A stretch of 64,000 nt of DNA from Centroscyllium fabricii (lineage: Eukaryota): the NCBI GenBank assembly GCA_051313645.2, contig JBNRSN020000015.1:84196001-84260000 (forward strand). Reading direction: 5' to 3'. The position numbers and the translations under genes were made by a program. This document shows positions 1 through 10,588 of the stretch, piece after piece; position 1 is the first letter of the stretch, and every line of letters starts with the position of its first letter. The notes below the pieces were generated by a model. It was not told the origin of the DNA and ran no database searches. It was given only the letters and a program-made list of their open reading frames with translations.

Positions 1-38
1 CATTTTTGGATTTTAGCGACGATCTAAGTTTATTAAAT

Positions 39-308
39 TGATACCATCAATTACTCGAGTCAGAGAGCGAGTTAACATAGGCTTTAATAAACTTAGAACA
101 AGCGTAAGGGATCACAGGTATCGTTAGTACAGTACAGTAGAGAGGAGGTCAGAACCCACGAGTGCTGACCTTTATACCCCCCAGGGTCAGAGGCGTGGCC
201 TACCCGAGGTCCTCCAGGTACAGGTCTCCCATGTCTGGCTGGGCAAGAGTAGACACGCCCTAAGGCATGTACATACACATAGTTGGTGTTATAGCCAATA
301 TCACCACA
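39..308 (-). mobile_element. 5' LTR of a Gypsy LTR retrotransposon (element continues off the left edge; putative gag ATG at 3..1)
   Basis: Minus strand reads TGTGGTGATA...TATAAA...TTATTAAAGCC...GGTATCA, the same layout as the LTRs at 12729 and 59912, followed by an AT-rich leader and ATG. Confidence 0.75.
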
Positions 309-633
309 AGTAATAAGCAGTGTCCGAACTGTGTGGCTGCATCAGAGGCATGTGGGTCTAGATCCAAGCGCTCTGGTATCAGGAGTCGATCCATCTCGAT
401 GTTTTAGTTATTAAAATTGATGGAAGGCTTTTAATAACTAAGAAATGTGGTGCATGATCCCACACAGAGTTCTCCAGGTCTAATGACTCATATCATTCTG
501 GAGTCCTTTATAAGCCAAAAGGCAGGGGCGGAGCCCAATATATACAATGGAAAGGTGGGTGGTACATGTACTCACATTACAGTTGAGTCCAGGTGAAAGC
601 ACAGGCTGATGAACATGCATATATTTCATCACA
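309..633 (-). mobile_element. 5' LTR (633-418) and gag N-terminus (394-309) of a second Gypsy element, interrupted by the element at 39-308
   Basis: LTR TGTGATGAAA...TATAAA...TTATTAAAAGCC..TCA; minus translation from 394 MDRLLIPERLDLDPHASDAATQFGHC resembles gag start MESSAVKPEKLDISPQDPATAATYEHW at 60225. Confidence 0.75.
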
Positions 634-681
634 CTCCGGACATCCTAAAGCACTTAACAGCGAAGGAAGAACTTTTGAAGT

Positions 682-1385
682 TTTTTTTAATTTGTTCCTG
701 GGATGTGGGTGTTGCTGGCAAGGCCAGTGTTTATTGCACATCCCTAATTGCCCTTGAGAAGGTGGTGGTGAGCCACCTTCTTGAACTGCTGCAGTCCCTG
801 AGGTGAAGGTACACCCACAATGCTGTTAGGGAGGGAGTTCCAAGATTTTGACCCAGCGACGATGAAGGAACGATGATGTATTTCCAACTCGGGGTGATGT
901 ATGATTTTGAGGGGAATTTGGTGGTGAGGGTGATCCTATGCGCCTGCTGCCCTTGCCCTTCTAGGTGGAAAAGGTTGCGGGTTTGGGAGGTGCTGTCAAA
1001 GAAGCCTTGGCGAGTTGCTGCAGTGTATTTTGTAGCCATGATGTGGAGGTGCAGGTGTTGGACTGGGGTGGACAAATGCAAGAAGTCACGAAGGAGCAGC
1101 GCTCCGAAAGCTTGTGATTTAAAATAAAACTGTTGGACCTAACCTGGTGTTGTGTGACTTTGTGTATTTTTTAGATGGTACACACTGCAGCCACGGTACG
1201 CCGGTGGTGGAGGGAGTGAATGTTTAAGGAGATGGATGGAGTGCCAATCAAATGGGTTGCTTTGTCCTGGATGGTGTCGAGCTTCTTGAGTCTTTTTGGA
1301 GCTGCACTCATCCAGGCAAATGCAGAGTATTCTATCACACTCCTGACTTGTGCCTTGCAGATGGTGGAAAAGCTTTGGGGTAGTC
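682..1385 (-). mobile_element. 3' fragment of a CR1/L2-group LINE
   Basis: Tail ...CACCACCTTCTCAAGGGCAATTAGGGATG...CCCACATCCC + A-run; second copy at 26370-26826; tail shared with SINE at 34828. Confidence 0.8.
1036..1161. mobile_element. Short Penelope-like element remnant (inverted tail joined to truncated hammerhead region)
   Basis: Matches termini of 6302-7060; flanked by near-duplicate GTGTATTTTGTAG/GTGTATTTTTTAG. Confidence 0.75.
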
Positions 1386-1642
1386 AATGTTGTATGTAGG
1401 TGATCTTATGCAAGCTACGTCTTTACAGTAGCTGCATAAAAGGGGTCTGTGAATGTTTGGACCTCCCAGTTTCAACTGTGGCTCAGTTGGTAGCACTCCC
1501 TAGTTGGGAGGGGCTAGGAGTGAGCAGGTGTTACTGGTTGCCTGATTGCTGCAGGGAGTTGGAGTGAATTTGTTAAAAGGTTTGTGGTGGATTGTTTTTA
1601 TTTCAGGTTTTAGGGCCTTTTTGGCACATAAACAACAGCCAG

Positions 1643-3200
1643 ATGGCTGCTGAGGCGTCCAGAGTGCCGGGCCCCTCAGAGGAGAATGTTCCCAAGATGA
1701 ATTAAATTAGGGGAGACACTGTGGTTGGAAGAGAAAGAAAAAGGCCCAAAGATTTGGGACAGGACACCAGGAGGTTTGGAAAAGAAAACACGGTGGTGGT
1801 TCAGTGCGAGGATAAGGAGATACGAGATTGGGATATTATCCAAGCTGCTTTGCCTGCCGACCAAAGCTGAATGTTGGGTTCAAGATGACAGTCAGTGGTC
1901 AAAAGGAGGTGGAAAGACATTTACTCATTTTGAAAGTTGGCAATAAGTTCTTGGAGGTAACTCTGCTATATTCGTAAGAGGTGGTGGTCTCATTCTTAAA
2001 CTTATCAGTTTATATTGAGGACGATGTGCTAATCGAAAAGTTGGAGTCGTGGGACATTAAAATTTGCTCAGCATAAAAAGGAGATACTATCCAGGAGCAC
2101 GGGTAGCAGATGGAACCCGTTACGCAAAGGTGCGGTTCCCAGAGGGGGTGAAGTCATTACCGTACAGCATGAAATTCAAGAAAATGGAAAGTGTGCAGTA
2201 CATCTAAGTACTGCATGATAACCAAGTGAAGGTCTATTATTATTGTCTTGGACACAACCATCCTGTAAGAAACTGTTCAGATTTGTACTGTTATAATTGC
2301 GGCGAGTCTGGACTCATCGCTCGGATCTGCAAGGCAGAGAGCAGTGGGGTGTGTCACAAAGGCTCCATCTGCTGTGAGTGTGAGGCAGAAGGAAGCACTA
2401 TGAGTGATGAGGAGATGGGAGAAGGATCAGGAGGTGTGAGTGGAATGGCCGGAGGAGCGGAGCAGTCGGAGGACACAGCTGGTAAATTGAAGGGGAAAAG
2501 AGCACAGGAAGAAGCAGAAAATTGCGGAGCAGAGAACAGGATGGAGATAGTGGAAAACACACCAAGTACAGTGGAATAGATCAAAGACAGCAGAGGGCAG
2601 AAAGGGTCGAGTGCAGTCTCGAGCCTCAATATAATTCAGCTGTCCCTAAAGAATCTGGTGTCCGCAGGGGAAGAGGAGGTGTGGTAAATGCAAGTACTCC
2701 AAAGAAAGACGGGGAGTCGGACATTTCGGTGAGCAGGACGGGGCAAAACAAGGAGGCAGGAGCCTTAAAGGGGCAGCAGGATGGGAGCGGCGAGACAAGG
2801 ATGGCAGAAGAGAGCAATATAGGTGTGCCATTGTCCCAGGGAGAGAAGGATCAGGGAGCAAGGGACAGAGGTGGAGATGAGGTTGAATGGAGCAGCAATG
2901 TTGGAGAAACCGCGACAGCAGAAAGACTCTCTATGGGAGATGATGTATTTGATAGGGAGCAGGCACAGAGGGTTACAGAAGAGCTTGAGAGTGAGGAATT
3001 AGAGGGGGACAGAGACATGGAAGTGTGGGGTTGGGTGGCATCATGTGGAAAGGGAAAGGTTAGTGAGGGGCAGAAGGAGGGATAAAGGGCAGCTCCTTGG
3101 GCCAAACTTAATGCAAGGAAGAGGCTGAAACAGCAGCAAAGGTTCAAACAGGAGGTGAAAAAGAATCAGAGGCTGCAGGAAAAAGCAACAGCTGGCTGAA
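1643..3200 (+). pseudogene. Tx1-type ORF1 (zinc-knuckle nucleic-acid-binding protein), disrupted
   Basis: ADGTRYAKVRFP motif near 2105-2140, CLGHNHPVRNC and CYNCGESGLIARIC knuckles, acidic low-complexity tail; stops and frameshifts. Confidence 0.75.
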
Positions 3201-3379
3201 AAGCTGGGAAGGAGCATGAGAGGAGGGAAGATCCAGAGATTAAATGATGGGGAGATTAACAGGCATACTTCCCTTCTTCAGAGCCATGATTACATTGGTC
3301 TCGATTAATGTGAACGGACTGAGTGATGAGAAGTCATTTGTAGTAAAAATCTGATGGCAACTGTTGGAGTTGTGGTGTG

Positions 3380-3679
3380 TGATGTATCGTCAATAGTCTA
3401 ATAAAACTAAAGACGCGTAGTTACCTTAACTATAGGCTTTTATTAGCTTACAAAGGAGCTACGCTCCGATTGAACATCAGGTACAGAATGAATGGGGGCA
3501 GGTCAGTCCCCACCTATAAGGCACTCACCTGAGGGGAGGAGTTAGAGGTGTGGCTGACCTGACCCCACGACAGTGTCGCAATACAGGACAGTTGTGTCAT
3601 GCACTCGGCCGCTATACATACAAATAATATTGGTAACAATATTAAGGTGGTAATAAGAGTACATATAACGGTTACCACA
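3380..3679 (-). mobile_element. Solo Gypsy LTR related to LTRs at 59912 and 61021
   Basis: Minus TGTGGTAACC...AATAAAAGCC...GACGATACATCA; 5-bp TSD GTGTG/GCGTG. Confidence 0.85.
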
Positions 3680-3829
3680 GCGTGCGTAATTTATCGCATA
3701 GGGATGTCACATTCAGGGCTTATGAATACATGCAATTATCAGTATGCTAGAGAACTAGCTAGGAATCCGTTGGGTCTTGGCCATGGCCGATGCTCAATTA
3801 GGAAGCTGCGAGTCAAAAGTGTTTAATTG

Positions 3830-5661
3830 AGTAGGCTAAGCAAATCTGCCCAGGATGATTACGTTCCTTGAAGCCCGGTAAGCAATGGTCTCGCGTAATG
3901 CTGCTGCTGGTTGATGAGCTTCTGCAGGATGCTCGCTTGCGGCCTCCTCATCCTTGTCCTTGTCCTCATCCTCATCCTTGTCATCCTCCTCATCACCATC
4001 ATCATTTGAGGAGGGTATGCGAGGAGCCTCTTGGTCGTCACGCATCTGAAAGCCACGGCGCTGTGCCATGTTGTGCAGTGCACAGCAGACCACGACCATT
4101 CTGGAGACCCTGTCTGCTGAGTACTGGAGGGCTCCACCTGATCTATCCAGGCATCTGAAGCGCATCTTCAGCAAACCAATGGTTTGCTCTATAATGCATC
4201 TGGTGGAAATGTGGCTGGAGTTGTAGCGCTCCTCAGCCTCGTTGGCTGGCCTCCTCAATGGCATCATTAGCCAAGTTCTCAGGTGATAGCCAATGTCTCC
4301 AAATAGCCATCCCTCAAGTTCGTGTGGCGGGCTGAAGAGCGGAGGCACAGTAGACTGGCGCAGGATGAAAGAGTCATGGCAGCTGCCAGTGTACCTGGCA
4401 CAAACATGCACAATCTCCTTCTTGTGGCTAAACACCAGCTGAATATTGAGGTAGTGGAAGCCCTTGTGGTTGACAAAAGCCCCTAGGTTGTCATGGGGTG
4501 CCTTAAGGGCCACATGTGTGCAGTCAATGACACCTTGCACCCATGGAAAGCCTGCCAGATGAGCTAAGCCAATCGCTCGCGCCCTCACATTTGCGTGATC
4601 CCTGGTGCAATGGATGTAATTGTGCACGAGGGCAAAGAGGGTATCGGTTACCTATGCGATGCAAGTGTGTGCAGCCTACTGGAAAATGCCACTGATGTCT
4701 GCTGCTGATCCCTGGAATGAGCCTGAGGGAAAAATGTTGAGTGTGGTGGTGACTTTTATGGCCACTGGTAAGGAGTGTCCAACTGGTGCTCTGGGCTCCA
4801 GGGCTTGCTGCAGCATTGCGCAGATGTCAGTCACTACCTGTTATGAAAATCGGAGCCGCCTTTGGCACTGCCGCTCCGTCATATTGAGATAGCTGACCCT
4901 GCGTCTGTAGAGCCTGTTTGGGGGTATCTCCTGCGCCGACAGGCTTCCAAGTGCTGGCCCATTCTGGCCTGTGCTGCCTCTGGAGGGTGAGCAGGAGCCT
5001 GTTGCTCCTGGTTCTGCTGCTGTTGTTGGATCTGCTGCTGCTGCTGTATCTGCTGCTGCTGCCTCCACCGCTGGAGATCCTCTAATGCCACGAAGGGAAG
5101 GAAAAAATGCCCTCCCATGCTTCTGGTGCCTGCCTCCGTTGAGGTAGCATTGACTGAGGGTGTAGTACTGAGTGAGGGTGGACAGAGGGCTTTCCCAGGA
5201 GGTCACACTGCAGAAGTGTGTGGGGCTGGAGCCTTCCGAGGGACTGGTGAAGTCTGCAACAAGTTGCCCCAGGCCTGAGACTGACTGTTCTACCAGCTGC
5301 CAATGAAGGCAGCTTAATTGTGGATCGTAATGATGGACCTGCTGCTGATAATCAGGTAGCCACTTATGTTCCCGCTAGGTTTCACCGGCGGAGTTTCAGG
5401 ATGGCGGGGAATGGGTGGGAAATGCTTCAAAATAGCCGGGGGCCCTTAAAATGGGTTTATCCATAGCAATTATGGGCCCTTAATGAGGGTTACGAGCATC
5501 CCCGCCGTGGCGGGTGGGAAAGATTTGGGCCGCTTAGACGCACCGTCCAAAAATTGCAAAGCGGCGGGGATCCGGCGGGAGGACTCATGACCCCCCGGTT
5601 TTGCAATTTTAAGCCCCGCCCCACCGGAAATCCCCCCTCACGGCCCACCAAAAATTCCCCC
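3830..5661 (-). mobile_element. PIF/Harbinger DNA transposon fragment (one end present)
   Basis: Transposase remnant plus terminus GGGGGAATTTT at 5661 next to TAA. Confidence 0.85.
3836..5118 (-). pseudogene. Harbinger DDE transposase (HARBI1-like), disrupted in the N-terminal half
   Basis: GVIDCTHV, NHKGFHYLNIQLV, GSCHDSFIL, GDIGY, RCIIEQTIGLLKMRFRCL, CCALHN motifs; upstream YLNMTERQCQRRLRFS in a separate, stop-interrupted ORF. Confidence 0.9.
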
Positions 5662-6301
5662 CTAAGTTCCGGGTGCTAAAGGAAGAGTGGGAATTATTGC
5701 AAGCTGAAAAATGCAAGGGAGCCATTCTCCATACAAAGGCTAGAGATGCATTGGAGGGTGAAAGATGCGCTAGATGTTTTCCAGAGCAAGCGAAGCTGCA
5801 ACAGAGATTATCATTAATTGGAGAGTTGAAGGTTGGGGAGATGATCATTCATGAAAGCGGGGAGATTTTAGAGGCGGCTAGCAGCTTTTATCAAGAGTTA
5901 TATACAAAAGAAGACATTTCCAATTTGGCGATGCGGAAGGTTACTGCTTTTATTGAAGAGGAGGATGAGAGAAGCATGTGTGACAATGAAGTAGGATTAG
6001 CAGAAATAAAAATAGCAATAAGTGGAATGAAGGGGGGGGAAGCATGGAGTAAGGGCAGAATTTTTAAAGAATTTTTTGAGATTTTAAGTCCATTGCTCTT
6101 AGAAAATTGATGGAAGCCTGGCCCCATCTATGAGGAGATGTGTCATAAGCTTAGCTTATAAAAATAAAGGGGATAGAAGGGATCTGAAGAATTGGAGGCC
6201 TATCACATTAATAAATGTGGATTATAAGATCTTGGCGAGGGTTATCACAAATCGTATGAAGGAGTTGTTGCCGCAGATAGTTTTGCCCTCTCAGTCCTAT
6301 G

Positions 6302-7060
6302 CATGATGTGGAGGTGCCGGTGTTGGACTGGGGTGGACAAATGTAAGAAGTCACACAAACACCTGATTATAGTCCAACAGTTTTATTTGAAATCACAAGC
6401 TTTTGGAGCGTTGCTCCTTCATCAGGTGTAATAGAGATGCATAAAGACACAGCATATATAGTCGGAGAACAATGTAATCTTTCCAACTGCCCTTCATCAC
6501 ACCTCGGCAGAGAGACATTTATAGCAATCAAAGGTGTGAATAGTGTTCAAACAGGTCAGTCAGGCAGGCACCATCTGAAAAACAATGAAGTGGAATCACA
6601 AAGGGTCAAATGTTGTACAGTCTGGGGTCTGTGTGAAAGCCAACACAGAACAATTAAAAAAAAAGATTTTCCTTGCTGGAAATCGCAGCCGGTACAGCCG
6701 CATCTGTATAGTGAGGACAAGCCAAAGACGACTCGAGTCTGGATGACTCTACGTCAGGTGGGGTTACATGTAGCGTGACATGAAGCCAAGATCCCGGTTG
6801 AGGCTATGCTCATGAGTGCGGAACTTGGCTATCAGTTTCTGCTCAACAATTTTGCATTGTCGTGTGTCTCGAAGGCCGCCTGACTGAACTGTTTGAACAC
6901 CATTCACACCTTTGATTGCTATGAATGTCTCTCTGCCGAGGTGAGATGAAGGGCAGTTGGAAAGATTACATTGTTCTCTGACTATATATGCTGTGTCTTT
7001 ATGCATCTCTATTAAACCTGATGAAGGAGCAACGCTCCGAAAGCTTGTGATTTCAAATCA
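6302..7060 (-). mobile_element. 5'-truncated Penelope-like element with inverted pseudo-LTR
   Basis: GIY-YIG C-terminus-like EQKLIAKFRTHEHSLNRDLGFM (about 6880-6764, minus); ~6385-6565 inverted at ~6880-7058; 14-bp near-TSD CTCTCAGTCCTATG/CTGTCTGTCCTATG. Confidence 0.85.
7015..7049 (+). ncRNA. Minimal type I hammerhead ribozyme motif in Penelope pLTR
   Basis: CTGATGA-A-GGAGC-AAC-GCTCC-GAAA-GCTT-GTG; stem I weakened (AAC/GTG). Confidence 0.65.
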
Positions 7061-7583
7061 CTGTCTGTCCTATGGAGTCATAGGCAGGGACTTGACAGAC
7101 GCGGTGGTCTCAATCCGAAATGCGATAGAGCTCATGGAAGATAGTGGGAGGGAGGCTTATGTAGTAAAGATAGATCAAGAGAAAGCCTTTGATAGGGTCT
7201 CTCATGAGTTTTTATTGAAGGTTTTGGAAGCATTTGGTTTCGGTGAAAATTTCATTGAGGGTATAAGGATTTTTTATTCAAACATATTTAGCTGAGGTAA
7301 ATATAATGGCTTTTTATCCAAGTAATTTCCGATACAGAGATCAGTGAGACAGGGTTGTCGCCTGTCTCCATTGTTGCACACATTGGTAGCAGAACCATTA
7401 GGTTTCATAATGCGAAAGAAACAAGATGTAGTTGGGATTGTGGTTCCCAGTTCTGGGCTGGTATTGGTGACACACCAATATGCAGATGACACAACCTTAA
7501 CATTGAGAAATGGGGAGTCAGTGAGGAAAGCTATGGATGTAGTGAAGGAATATTGTAGACCTTCAGGATCCAGAGTTAATTAT

Positions 7584-8990
7584 TGTAGGATTCACAAAAT
7601 TTCCTGGTTTCCCAGCCCTTGTAAAGAAACTTGCAGTAAAATGGACACATTTTAAAGTGGACAAAATGGAGTCTGGGACCACATGACCGCAGCTGAAAGC
7701 TAGTCATTTCTCCCCAGCAACAGAGCTAGACACAGCTTGTTGTTTCAACTGTGAATGTACTCACTGCTCTGGACAAGAGCATTGAATATGCATTGGAGGG
7801 CCGGCCAGCAGGCCGACTGAAACAAAAGACACTTAATGGGATAACGATCAGCGTTTATTTTGGGCAAACATCAAAACAAGTCACTTCTAATCAACCACAG
7901 ACATACCAGTGTTCAGGTACAGAGCACACAAAACCAGGCCGTAGATAAGGACAGTAGTAGGAAATTTACCGTTTTAAAGTCGTTTTACATTAAGTACCAT
8001 CTTCTGTTACATAGTAACCCGCCAAAATTAAACAAAGGACTGACATGATTTTGGCGCCAGATAAGGCCCTGTTCAAAGAATATAACAGGGAACGACAGTG
8101 AATGGGAAGGACAGCTTGAGATGCCTGAGATGCAGGTGGGCAACCGAAGAAAGTTGGTGCTCCAGTCCGTGCGCAGGCATGACCCCCGGTCCGTACTGTA
8201 GTCCGCACTTTTCCCTGGCCATCGCCCATGCCATACCACGAGGCCGTGACCCAACCAGGGCCAGGTACTAAGTGGGACAGTGAAAACACCTCAGTACGGG
8301 CCGGAGCAAGAGTAGGCTTTGCCCAAGAAATGTGAGTGACGGATTTGTCGCTCCAAACTGACGGCTGACCACGAGAATTTAAAGTCAATAAGTCGGCATC
8401 TGGGATGGCTGGGGTGAGCTTCGAATGATCGGGCCCCCAGCATTCATTCGCCAGAAGAAGTTCCATCAGCTTGGAAGAAGAAGAAGAAGATCCATCGCCT
8501 CAGCAGCCGTAAGACCATGAGGCATCCAGCCCTGAGGGACAAGAAGTTGTGTGGCACATACGCAGTGTAGCCCTGCTGACCATGTGAGGACAGAATGCCT
8601 GAAAGACCAGAGCCAAAACTCAAAACCTTGTTTCATTAATCCCAGGCTGGTAAGCATGAATTCTGACCCTTGGTAGTCGACCTAGGTTAGGTATAGGTAT
8701 AGCAGGGCTGGGAATTAAGGTTAAGGGATTGCTAAAACTTTCATTTATATCCCTTGATGTGCTGTGCACTTCCCAAACCTGTACCAATGTATAGCGATTG
8801 AATTGTTTTTACCTGTAGTGTGCTATCAATAATTTTCTTTTCAATGAAACCTTTATGTTGGTTTGACTCACTCCAGTCATCTGTCTACCTGTGTTATTGC
8901 ACCATCAGAGGTCTGGCAATAAGCCCAGTGTCCAGAATCAGGAGGGGGAGTGGGAGCAATTCAAAACCGCTCACGGGCAGGTATGGGCCA
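7584..8990 (+). mobile_element. Long LTR-like insertion, 3' boundary uncertain
   Basis: Begins TGTAGGA exactly where Tx1 RT similarity stops; no convincing ORF; 3' motif CCAGTGTC...GGGAGCAATTCAAAACCGCTCA shared with 23363-23410. Confidence 0.45.
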
Positions 8991-9004
8991 AACCGACGAG
9001 CAAG

Positions 9005-9335
9005 AAAAATCTTTTTTTTTAATTGTTCTGTTTTGGTTCTCACACAGATCCCAGACTGTGCAACATTTGACCCTTTGTGACTCCACTTCATTGTTCTTCG
9101 GATGGTGCCTGCCTGACTGATCTGTTTAAACACCATTCACACCTTTGATTGCTATGAATGTCTCTCTGCCGAGGTGTGATGTAGGGCAGTTGGAAAGATT
9201 ACATTGTCCTCCGACTATATATGCTGTGTCTTTATGCATCTCTATTGCACCTGATGAAGGAGCAGTGCTCCGAAAGCTTGTGATTTCAAATAAAACTGTT
9301 GGGCTATAACCTGGTGTTGTGTGAGTTCTTACATT
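9005..9335 (+). mobile_element. Penelope-like element 3' fragment
   Basis: Reverse complement of ~6340-6670. Confidence 0.85.
9248..9282 (+). ncRNA. Minimal type I hammerhead ribozyme motif
   Basis: CAC-CTGATGA-A-GGAGC-AGT-GCTCC-GAAA-GCTT-GTG: intact core, 5-bp stem II, palindromic AGCT stem III, CAC/GTG stem I. Confidence 0.75.
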
Positions 9336-10245
9336 TATGAAAGCTGGTATTATATGTGTGAAAGATGTATTATTATACGAAGTAATTCCAGGTTGATTTC
9401 CGGAAGCGATAGTGAGGGACATGGTGTGGGAGGAGGATCAGAAGGTAGAGGAAAAAGCAATAGGGATCATGTATGAGAAGATTGTGAGGGCAATGCCACA
9501 GGATTGGATGGAAGAAATAAATGCGGTAATCTCCAAAGGAAGTAAAATGCGTCCCACTTTTTCAAGCTTTCTGCTGGAGAAAGGGGGAGAATTGGTCCAA
9601 ATTGACAGTTGTAATATTTGAGATTTCTATGAGGTACTTAACAAATGGAGATTCAGTACACCTGCTGGTCAGGAGTTTTGGCAGAGTATATACCCACAGC
9701 TGGACTTCAACAGGATTTGGAAGGGAGTGTGGGCAAATTTTAAATGTCCAGATTGGATTGAACTGGATTTCAAATTGGTTCATAACCGGATTTTTACCAT
9801 GACAGTCTTGTGCAAGATTGCACGAGTAGAAGGGGCAACTTGCCCAGGATGTGGGACATGGGATGAGACTCTGTTCCATTTACTAGTGTTATCTCCACAG
9901 TTAAATGTTTAAGTACTATGTACAACAGTTGTGTGAAGTTTATTTGCTGGGTGGGGATCGAAGAGCGAGAATGAGAATCCCGTGGGACTCAATTTTGAGA
10001 TGGGGGTTGCAGGAGAGTCTGCCCAAGTCTAGCGGAGCGGCAATTAATTTAATGTTCAGTTTGGCTAGATTCGTGATTGTACAAAGAAGGAATGCTCTGT
10101 TTTTTAAGGGGAGGAGAATCAATCGAAAAGAATATTTTTAATATAAGCTAAAAGATCATTATAAGGCTCTGTGGATGTTTTATTCAGAAAGGAATTTAAA
10201 GATAGTATTTTACAATCAATTAATATATGTTACAGGAGACAAATT
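9335..10245 (+). pseudogene. Tx1 ORF2 C-terminal region with CCHC-like zinc motif
   Basis: ELDFKLVHNRIFT...CPGCGTWDETLFHLL. Confidence 0.75.
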
Positions 10246-10249
10246 AAAC

Positions 10250-10588
10250 TTCGGGTACTATCTGTGTGGAGTTTCCACATTCTCCCCGTGTCTGCGTGGG
10301 TTTCCTCCGGGTGCTCTGGTTTCCTCCCACAGTCCAAAGATGTGCGGGTTAGGTTGATTGGCCAGGATAAATTGACCCTTAGTGTTGGGGGGATTGAATG
10401 TGTGGGGTTACGGGGATAGGGTGGGATATGTGTCGGTGCAGGTTCGATAGGGATCGAGGGATATGGGGAGAAGGCAGGGACAGGGTACTGGGTTTGGATA
10501 ATCAGCCATGATCTCATTGAATGGCGGAGCAGGCTCGAAGAGCCGAATGGCCTACTCCTGCTCCTATCTTCTATGTTTCTATGTTTCT
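10250..10588 (+). mobile_element. V-SINE (HE1-like), 5'-truncated
   Basis: V-domain TGTGTGGAGTTT..CCCGTGTCTGCGTGGGTTTCCTCCGGGTGCTC; CR1-type tail with TTCTATGT repeats. Confidence 0.85.

Larger units (their letters stand above)
5665..7583 (+). pseudogene. Tx1 ORF2 reverse transcriptase region (interrupted by Penelope at 6302-7060)
   Basis: RT motifs listed for the Tx1 element; multiple stops. Confidence 0.88.

Noticed and set aside
3836-4627. Host HARBI1 gene
   Set aside because: Disrupted upstream, next to a transposon end and nested in a LINE
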